Below are positions 10,716 through 18,299 of a DNA stretch of 64,000 bases, piece by piece. Location: the IMG/VR virus record IMGVR_UViG_3300050821_001227, positions 1 to 64,000 of that record; one strand, written 5' to 3'. The DNA comes from a virus. The translations under genes and the position numbers were made by a program. Under the pieces are notes generated by a model. That model was not told the origin of the DNA, did not search any database, and saw only the letters and a program-made list of their open reading frames with translations. Every line of letters starts with the position of its first letter. Position 1 is the stretch's first letter.

Positions 10716-11422
10716 TATCTGCTCTCCTTGTCCAGTGCTACAAGCCTTGGCCGCAACCCGACCATTCCAGCCTTTTCCCAAATCTTTGAATACCTACCCT
10801 GCGGAAACGCCGTAAGTTCACTCTCTGGGTAACAGAATTCGGGCAGCAGAATGCGGGCAGGCGGGTTGTCATAGAGATAACGATTGAGGTGGGATTCATC
10901 GTGCCAGACAGCAGTGATTCCGTTTTTGGAGTCGCGATCTACCGCCTCGCGTATCGTGCCCGCCATGGCTAAGAATGCGCTGCTAGTCCCGCCGTTGAAA
11001 CCGCCGCAAAAGTAATTACGCGCCTTCGGCAGATAAGCCGCCGAGAATGGGTTCTGTTCCGTTGATCCCGGCAGACCCACGAATCCGGGGTGCAGAGTTG
11101 CCGTGATGCCATTCGAGAAGATGTCGCTCGGTTCGACGCGATCCATAAAGAGCATATCCACATCCGAGTAGAAGATGTAGTCGTAGTTCTTCAGGCGTTC
11201 ACTGGCCGCGTGAAACATGTGGTACCGCAGCAATGTCGCTTGCGGGTAGCCTAGAGTTGGAATCTTCAGGGGCTTATAGAGAAATGGAAAATTATCCGGC
11301 TCGTCTGTGAACATCACCACGTCATATGGCGGTACGAAGAACTTGTGAACGGATTCAAGGAAGCGTATCGCGTGCTTGCGATACGTCTCGCCAGACGCCA
11401 CCAACACCAACGCCGTAGTCAT
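10715..11422 (-). CDS. GT6 family (ABO-type) alpha-1,3-GalNAc/Gal transferase
   Basis: FTDEP, YSDVDM, ATLHPGF, YFCGGFNGG, WHDESHLNRY. Confidence 0.9.
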   Translation of the reverse strand: MTTALVLVASGETYRKHAIRFLESVHKFFVPPYDVVMFTDEPDNFPFLYKPLKIPTLGYPQATLLRYHMFHAASERLKNYDYIFYSDVDMLFMDRVEPSDIFSNGITATLHPGFVGLPGSTEQNPFSAAYLPKARNYFCGGFNGGTSSAFLAMAGTIREAVDRDSKNGITAVWHDESHLNRYLYDNPPARILLPEFCYPESELTAFPQGRYSKIWEKAGMVGLRPRLVALDKESR

Positions 11423-12156
11423 AACCTTAACCATCTTTCCGGAACAATGTCCTGATCGTCCTGCATTTCGGGCGCGGCGTACCATCGCTTCGGTGCAACA
11501 ACGATGCGCTGCGGGTCACCGTCTCCAAGCCACGCGCCCCACCACGAAAACGATGAATTCGAAATTACGGCGTGTTCGCATACAGAAATAATCTGCATGT
11601 CATGATACTTATCAATCCCGCCCACAACGTGCCAGTGCATTGGGAGATTATCAAGGCACCACTGACTGTCATCAGACACGACGTATATCGTCTTGTCGTT
11701 GCCGCGTTTATTAAGCACGGTGTCTACTGCCCGAATGTACCAATCGCGCTCAGGTATACCATGAAAGTGCTGAAGGTTGACATAATCTCCGCGACGGACG
11801 TGGACAGCGATTGTGCCCTTGGAACGAAGTGCGTAGCGTCGAAAAATAAATGCTCGTCTGACTTCGTTGGCAATATGGGAAAAGTATTTTTCCGACTGCC
11901 AGTAGCCAACCATCACGCTGCCGTCAGGCGGGGCCAGTAAGTCGGCCTGAAATCGAATGCCTTGTTCTTCTATTGCAGGCTGTTTTTTAGTTGAGAGAGG
12001 CAGCCAGCCAAATTCGCTGAGTGCGTACCCGCGATCCGGTTGGGTCAAAGCGGCTGAATTAAATGCTACTTGATACCCGGCCTTTGCCAGAGTGAGGCCG
12101 TATGCCCGTTGAAACATCTGATTTCCGAGACCGCCCATCAGTTTAATAGTAATCAA
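11419..12156 (-). CDS. GT11 alpha-1,2-fucosyltransferase
   Basis: GGLGNQMFQ, GYWQSEKYF, VHVRRGDY, NSSFSWWGAWL; TTG start. Confidence 0.93.
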   Translation of the reverse strand: MITIKLMGGLGNQMFQRAYGLTLAKAGYQVAFNSAALTQPDRGYALSEFGWLPLSTKKQPAIEEQGIRFQADLLAPPDGSVMVGYWQSEKYFSHIANEVRRAFIFRRYALRSKGTIAVHVRRGDYVNLQHFHGIPERDWYIRAVDTVLNKRGNDKTIYVVSDDSQWCLDNLPMHWHVVGGIDKYHDMQIISVCEHAVISNSSFSWWGAWLGDGDPQRIVVAPKRWYAAPEMQDDQDIVPERWLRL

Positions 12157-13769
12157 TGACCACCTCCATAAATTTGTGTCAGTGCCACTACGTTGTCGAG
12201 CGATGCTGCGGTTGCCAGAGAAATTTCTCCCGGCTGGTTGTCCTGCCCCACGATGTAGTAGTTCAGTGCAGACATCAACTGAACGCCCGCCATGCCCAAA
12301 ACCTTTCCGACCCATCGATCTTCTGCCCAATCAGAAACAGAAGCATCGGCCACCAACTGCATGGACTTCTCGCCCAACCAATAACACCCTCCACTAGCGT
12401 AGTTGAACTTCGGGCCATTGTTGGGGAGAGGCGGTATCCCAGCCTCGGGCAATCCGAAATTGTTCCAGCGCATCGGTATGCCCGCGTAGTCGTCTTCGAT
12501 TGTTTGCAAATTTGATGCGTAAATGTGCGTGTCGTCATCTACCTTACACAAATGCTTGTATCCATAGCGCAGCGCGAGTGCGCTCAGGGCTTTGGTTTTG
12601 TTGGGCAGACTAACGTACGTGTCTGGCACGCCCAAGCGGAAGCCGTCAAAAACCTCGACGTTGAATCCGGCGTTTCGTACTGCTTTGATCCAATTAGTTT
12701 TTTGTGCCCGTACTCGCGAGGCGTACTTGGGACAAGTTATTACTGCTATCAACGACTCTTCCTTCACAAGCTGAAGGCGTGCGCTGTTTGCACGGAGTGT
12801 GTCGATGAATTTTTCAGCCTCGGCATTTGTCTTGCGTGCCCAGTCCAAAACCTGTTTTCGTCCCTCTAACGGTTGCATCCATGTTTCGAAGGACGGGCAC
12901 AGTGCTACCTTGTCCGTCTCGGCGCAAGCGTTGACCAGTGTAGTCCAGTCTACGTATGGTTGACGTTCATAGGTACTAAGCGCATTCCACTTACTGAAGG
13001 GGATTGGGCAGGCGCATCCGTAGATTGCACAAGCACCCAACAACCTGCCGTGCGAGGTACGTTCTTTTGGCGCGGTCCACAAATCCTCGGCTGACCAGTT
13101 GAACGGCATGATGGATCGAATATTGCCCGTGCTATGTAGCTTGCGCATACTCTCCGGGTTCATAGGGTTCACAACAATGAACGCCGTGTTGTACACGCCG
13201 ACTTCAGGATCGATCAGATTGGGCAGGAATACATACCGCCCATCGCCGTAGAGTTTTATTTTGTTGTTCAGGCTCTTATTACCCCACACAAGCAATTTAC
13301 GAAGAACGTGCGAGTCCTCAGCCCAACTCAGTTTTCGGGCGTTGCCGTCTACAACCACATTCATAGCCAGTTTGGACAAAACGTAGCCAAGACCCCAACC
13401 GCGCCCGGTGTAATCCCAGTCTCTGAAGTCCGAGTCCAGAAGATTCTTGACGTTGACGTACGAATCGACATCCACCTTCATTACGAAATCATAATCCTGA
13501 GCCAATGCCCAGCGAAACATTGCTGTTACCTTTTCGATCAAACCATCGTACGAATCGTCCGCATCGAGAAAGACTTCATCCGCAAGTGGTTCTCTTGTTG
13601 CTCCTCGTCCATAGAAGAATCGAACATCTATGCCAGCGGCCTTCGCATCCCTGATCCAAGTGGCACGGGAGGCGTCGGGGCATAAAGCGTTGTTGGGAGG
13701 AGCATGGCGCTCCATGGCGTCCGGGTACACGGCACTGTGACAACTCGTTATCCCAATGAGAATTTTCAT
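12153..13769 (-). CDS. two-domain GT31/Fringe-like glycosyltransferase
   Basis: two GT-A repeats: KVDVDSY...WAED and KVDDDTH...YASGGCYWL...WAEDRWVG. Confidence 0.7.
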   Translation of the reverse strand: MKILIGITSCHSAVYPDAMERHAPPNNALCPDASRATWIRDAKAAGIDVRFFYGRGATREPLADEVFLDADDSYDGLIEKVTAMFRWALAQDYDFVMKVDVDSYVNVKNLLDSDFRDWDYTGRGWGLGYVLSKLAMNVVVDGNARKLSWAEDSHVLRKLLVWGNKSLNNKIKLYGDGRYVFLPNLIDPEVGVYNTAFIVVNPMNPESMRKLHSTGNIRSIMPFNWSAEDLWTAPKERTSHGRLLGACAIYGCACPIPFSKWNALSTYERQPYVDWTTLVNACAETDKVALCPSFETWMQPLEGRKQVLDWARKTNAEAEKFIDTLRANSARLQLVKEESLIAVITCPKYASRVRAQKTNWIKAVRNAGFNVEVFDGFRLGVPDTYVSLPNKTKALSALALRYGYKHLCKVDDDTHIYASNLQTIEDDYAGIPMRWNNFGLPEAGIPPLPNNGPKFNYASGGCYWLGEKSMQLVADASVSDWAEDRWVGKVLGMAGVQLMSALNYYIVGQDNQPGEISLATAASLDNVVALTQIYGGGH

Positions 13770-13950
13770 TCTTCGCATTCTCTCAAAAGCCGATTCGCAT
13801 CAGCCAGCGCGTTGCGTAGTTCAAATATTTTGCCGCATGAACAGCCACGTGAGTTGAACATGCACCGCTTCGGTCCCGCCGACTCGTGCCCGGTCGCGGC
13901 GACCAGCTTGCGTAGCGCGTCGATCAACTCTGTGCGTCCGATGCCGCCTG

Positions 13951-14238
13951 TCACAATCCCGGCCCTCCCGAGAAGTAGTGCAGCACATCTCCGCAGTCGT
14001 CGGTTACGGTGCCCAGATGCCGCGTGACTCCGTACACAGTGTCGCCCGTCAGGAACCGCATGATTTTGTATAGCCTCTTAGGGCTGTCAGGGTGCACCAG
14101 CGCCCATAGAACGGGTATACCGTCCTGCATCTGAAGATCAATGAACTGCACAATGTGCGGCCACATGTAGCGCTGTTCGACCAGTGATGTTTGAACAAGT
14201 GAGAACTTCCAGAGTTTTGTTTCGAGTCCGCCGTTCAT
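13951..14238 (-). CDS. hypothetical phage protein
   Basis: LWKFSL...QDGIPVLWALV...HLGTV...HYF. Confidence 0.6.
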   Translation of the reverse strand: MNGGLETKLWKFSLVQTSLVEQRYMWPHIVQFIDLQMQDGIPVLWALVHPDSPKRLYKIMRFLTGDTVYGVTRHLGTVTDDCGDVLHYFSGGPGL

Positions 14239-14616
14239 TCACCCTCCGTAATACTTCACGTCGCACTGAGGCAGATTGCCCGTGCCGTTGATGGCCTTGG
14301 GCCGGTTCAGCCATTCGAAGTATGCCTTCAAAACAACCTCAGCATCGGCTTTGGTTGAATAAGGCCCGTTCCAATCGTAGCTCTCGTCCGTAAACCAAAA
14401 ACCGTTCGCGTTCTCCCAGATATTTGGCTTATCGGTTGGCATTGCGCCGTCATAAGGTTCACTCATTTGCCCTCCAGCCATTTAATCACGAACGCCAATA
14501 AAAGAATGGGCCACATGAGTGCAGCCCTTGGATCGTTCACCGTGTCGAAGCCGTTCTTCAGGGTCGTCATCGTTATCGAGACGCCCATTGTGTAGATCAA
14601 AAGTACCCAGATCATG

Positions 14617-15099
14617 CTACATAGTGTAGCAGAATCCGTCCAAGAAGTCCAGAGAATAGTCAGGCTTCAGGTACTCGTCCAGCCGGGTTGAGGCAGGTAC
14701 GCCCAAAGACGCAACTACTATACGCAACCAAGGTTGCCATCGTTGCGCATAGATTCGGGATGTTGCGCTTAGGGTCATAGACGCAACATAGCGCCTCGAC
14801 CGACCCTCGACAATTTTCGTCAGATATTCTCGCAGTGCCGTCCAGCCAGCTTCGTCGTCACGGAAGACCACATGGCCTGCTTTTCCTATCCGCACTTGTC
14901 CCGGCAACGGAGCCAATCCGGGCCGCGACTTCAAATCTCCGGGGTTGTGGTAGCGTGTCGGAATAGCGCCTTTCTTTCCGAAGCCCTCAGCGTGAGCGAT
15001 TGCGTGACACAATGTGTCCAGTTTCTGAGCGTCTACTTGCGCCCATCCTGCCGAACCAAACAACAGCACGAACACGATAGTCAGAAGTTGTTTTCTCAT
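14617..15099 (-). CDS. secreted lysozyme-like protein (NPG motif)
   Basis: signal peptide MRKQLLTIVFVLLFGSAGWA; AIAHAEG...RYHNPGDLK. Confidence 0.6.
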   Translation of the reverse strand: MRKQLLTIVFVLLFGSAGWAQVDAQKLDTLCHAIAHAEGFGKKGAIPTRYHNPGDLKSRPGLAPLPGQVRIGKAGHVVFRDDEAGWTALREYLTKIVEGRSRRYVASMTLSATSRIYAQRWQPWLRIVVASLGVPASTRLDEYLKPDYSLDFLDGFCYTM

Positions 15100-15674
15100 T
15101 CAACTATGAGAACACAATCCACTGACTCGTGTCAAGTAGGGCGAAGGATTAGCGAACCTGCTCCCCTTTGTTCTTTCTCTGCTCTCTTCTTGCCTGCTCA
15201 TCGGTTAGACCGATTGTCTTGCCCATGGCGCGGGCTTTCTTAAGACTCGCTGGCTCCCATACAGTAGCATCTGGTTTGAATGGTGACTGCGGTCGCCCGC
15301 CGTCCCGTGGATTGCGTTGCTCAGTCATTGGATCACCTTCAGCTTTCTGTCGCCCGATCCCACGGTCGGGGTTTCGTCTTGCTGGACGATGTGAACTATG
15401 CCGTCCGAATGCTTGTGCGCTTTAGCCCATTCCAGTTCTTCGATCAGCCGAGTCTCGTTGAACATGCTGTCGAACTCAAACATTTTTGAGGCTTGGCATT
15501 TCTCGCAGTACAGGCGTACCGTGTCAGTGACGCCATCCGGGTCCATGGGGTGTGGATAGTTCTTGGTCTGGATAGTGACATTGCCATCGGCGTACATAAT
15601 CAGCGCCCGCATCACGGTTTGCGATGCGAGGATGGTGCTGGCTTTGTAGCCAGCGCGAGTGCTCATGAGCGCCA

Positions 15675-16412
15675 TTACACGCACCGTCCGTTGATGTTGA
15701 GCGGTGACCACTTCGCACCAGTCTCAGCCTCAAAGGCTACGCGGGCTTCTTCGATAGCGTCCCACGCAGCATCTGGAATCTTGGGCACCTCCAGCAATGG
15801 GTACGGTGCTTGTGCGCCCTCGGCCTTGTTCCACGGATTAGCCGCAATCTCGGCCTCCATCTCGTCCTTTGCGCCAGCGGCCTTCTTGGCCTTCATCTTA
15901 GCATCGACTTCTTCTTCGGACCACGGCGCGTAATCAGGGCGCGAGTCAACGCCGCAATCGAACGATAATGTGTTTGCCTCGGGCAACGCCGCGTGCGAGT
16001 GGCCGTAGAGATGGTACGATCCTTTGTGGGAGTCGCGCCACACGCGGCATGCGTAGTGATGCAGGTACATGCCCTTGTGCAGCTTGGTATGGGGCACCCA
16101 TAGCGCGTCCGCGACTTCAGCAAAGCATGCACGCAGTTCGGGGCTCCCGTCCATCAATTGATCATGGTTCCCGTACACGAACTTGTGGTAACCATTGAGC
16201 CGACTCATGACGTACCGCGCCTCGACGATAGACATAGTGCGCCAGAACATGTCGCCAATGTGATACGTGGTGTCGCCGCGCTTCACCCGGTCGTTGTGCG
16301 CCTTAATAAGGAACTCCCTCATCTCAAAAATGTCTTTGAAAGGGCGCTTGCAGAACTTGATAATGTTGGCGTGACCCAGATGCCAGTCAGCAGTGTAGAA
16401 TTTCACTTGCAC
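15675..16412 (-). CDS. calcineurin-like metallophosphoesterase
   Basis: ADWHLGH, IGD, GNHD, HLYGHSH. Confidence 0.88.
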   Translation of the reverse strand: MQVKFYTADWHLGHANIIKFCKRPFKDIFEMREFLIKAHNDRVKRGDTTYHIGDMFWRTMSIVEARYVMSRLNGYHKFVYGNHDQLMDGSPELRACFAEVADALWVPHTKLHKGMYLHHYACRVWRDSHKGSYHLYGHSHAALPEANTLSFDCGVDSRPDYAPWSEEEVDAKMKAKKAAGAKDEMEAEIAANPWNKAEGAQAPYPLLEVPKIPDAAWDAIEEARVAFEAETGAKWSPLNINGRCV

Positions 16413-16678
16413 CTTTCAGTACATTGACTAAGGCGATGGTTCGTGCCGTTACCTTCATCATGCCACGGATCGTATTTACCGTTGACGTAATCCTCTCCGA
16501 CACCCAGTACCGCGAAGTGAATGTGTGGATCGGCCACGCGCATATCGCGACCCGCTAAACTTATGAGCAGGGTACGAATTGAAATGTTAACTAGCGCCAG
16601 CAGTTCGGCAAGGTATTCCGGGTTGCTTTGATAGGCCGCGCGAACGCGGTCATCGATTGTGACGAAATCGGTGTGCAT
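16403..16678 (-). CDS. hypothetical protein
   Basis: GGAG SD, 91 aa. Confidence 0.55.
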   Translation of the reverse strand: MHTDFVTIDDRVRAAYQSNPEYLAELLALVNISIRTLLISLAGRDMRVADPHIHFAVLGVGEDYVNGKYDPWHDEGNGTNHRLSQCTERCK

Positions 16679-16823
16679 TACAACTCCATCATCGCTTCGC
16701 GGATAATCATCCGCGCGTCGGATTTGCTGGGTACGTCGTGAACCTTGCGTAGCTGCTCTATCAGATTCTGGAGTACGACGATTGTGTCTACCTTGGCTTG
16801 CTCTCGGTTGTACTCGGACATGA

Positions 16824-17192
16824 TTACGCTCCTATGCTTAACTGCCATCGTGGAGTATTTGCCCGCTGTGCTGTTCGCCTAGTGTGGCAATTAGCACAAG
16901 TGACTTCACACTTCTCGATTTCCTTCAACACGCGTTCTCGTGAGTTCTGCGCCATACCCGATACATCACGATTATGCCCGTCGTCAACTATGTGATCGAA
17001 CTCAAGCACTAGAGGATCGGCTTCTCCGCAGACCACACAAGAGTGGTCTTTGAGATACAACCAAATCCATAAGCAGTGTGCAGCTTGATTGCTGCGTTTA
17101 CGTTGCGCGTCTAATTTTCTATGGTCTGGGTGCGTCTTCCAGTAATCTCGTTGATAGGCTGCCCATTGAATCGCGTTATCGTACACTGCCAT
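16824..17192 (-). CDS. HNH endonuclease
   Basis: CVVCGEADPLVLEFDH...CEVTCANCH; ATG directly after tmRNA. Confidence 0.85.
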   Translation of the reverse strand: MAVYDNAIQWAAYQRDYWKTHPDHRKLDAQRKRSNQAAHCLWIWLYLKDHSCVVCGEADPLVLEFDHIVDDGHNRDVSGMAQNSRERVLKEIEKCEVTCANCHTRRTAQRANTPRWQLSIGA

Positions 17193-17199
17193 AAAATGT

Positions 17200-17610
17200 G
17201 TTGCCGAGGATTCTGTTGCCAAGTTCCTCGGCGGACTCCGTCAACGGATGCGATTAAGCAGCCGCTGCCATTGCAAGAGGTTTAGTCGTTGCAATTAGGG
17301 TTCGCTCTCTTTAAGGATTGAAGCCATCCTGCACAGTCCAGAACTTGCTCATCGTCGCAATCGAAACCATGACGAGCCCACTAAGACACTCATTCATCGA
17401 GACACCTGTTTATGCAGACAGGCCCGCTGCTGAAGGTAGGATGAACTACATCAGCGTCATCATGAATGTCTTGGTGGACTCGGCGGGAATCGAACCCGCG
17501 TCTTACAACGGAGCCTGCACCTTCATACTATGCGTATCTACTCGGGCGGGTTGCTCCGGTGCTGCAACCGCACAGATTAAATTGGTCTCAGACTTCGAGA
17601 CCCGTCCGAT
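17200..17610 (-). ncRNA. ssrA: circularly permuted two-piece tmRNA
   Basis: T-arm and acceptor GCGGGUUCGAUUCCCGC-CGAGUCC-ACCA end at 17472; matching 5' GGGCUCG (G3.U70) starts downstream at 17379; tag ATTKPLAMAAAA* at 17292-17254; outer ends approximate. Confidence 0.88.
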
Positions 17611-17615
17611 ATCGT

Positions 17616-17825
17616 TTACAGCTTGGAAATCTTCTCAACCAGTTCCGCTTCCAGCGCCTTGGTCTTCGTTTCAGCTTCAACAAAGATGGCTTTGACATCT
17701 GCCTCTGCCTTCACAGTGATGCGCAGGGCCGCTGCTTTAGCTTCCGCCACCAGTCCGCGAATTTCTGACACCAACGCGCTGACCTTTTTCGCGATTGCCG
17801 CGAAAATAACTCCGTATACACTCAT
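17616..17825 (-). CDS. small Ala/Lys/Glu-rich helical protein
   Basis: AGGAGG SD, 69 aa. Confidence 0.65.
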   Translation of the reverse strand: MSVYGVIFAAIAKKVSALVSEIRGLVAEAKAAALRITVKAEADVKAIFVEAETKTKALEAELVEKISKL

Positions 17826-17833
17826 GTTTCCTC

Positions 17834-18298
17834 CTAAGAAACGGGGGACGCTTTGGCCCCTCCACCATCCGGTTGTACTTGGTCCGGAAACCTTCCTTGC
17901 GGCCCCCAGTGGGCCTTCCTCTCATCGGTTCTAAGTTTAACAAATTCAGCGATGGTTGTCAAGCACGAACTGTCGTACCATGTGTCCCATCCAGTTACAG
18001 GCTTGTACGTATATCGCCGCCAGCCCGATTTCCAAACGACCCAACCCAGAACGGTGCCGTCCTGAACACTGGATACTTCGTATCGATGCGTCACCCCGCC
18101 GTCTATCTTGCCCAAGTCGCGGAACTCAAGAAAACCAAACTGCCAAGTTGTCACTTGTACCATGACGCAACGACCTTTCCGATTTCCGCTATGTCCGCGA
18201 AGGAATCGAAGCGGGTTACCTTTTATCCAGCCCCGTTTTGGACTTGTTCTGGATGCTACATTTGTTGTCTTGCCACAACCACATTCACACAATGCCAT
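17834..18298 (-). CDS. hypothetical protein with N-terminal CECGCG endonuclease-type remnant
   Basis: MALCECGCG...RFLRGH; possible second start at 18163. Confidence 0.55.
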   Translation of the reverse strand: MALCECGCGKTTNVASRTSPKRGWIKGNPLRFLRGHSGNRKGRCVMVQVTTWQFGFLEFRDLGKIDGGVTHRYEVSSVQDGTVLGWVVWKSGWRRYTYKPVTGWDTWYDSSCLTTIAEFVKLRTDERKAHWGPQGRFPDQVQPDGGGAKASPVS

Positions 18299-18299
18299 A

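Noticed and set aside
17472-17502. Standalone tRNA gene or attP tRNA fragment
   Set aside because: No anticodon or D arm upstream; the partner strand and tag frame lie downstream, identifying a permuted tmRNA. No integrase seen in the window.
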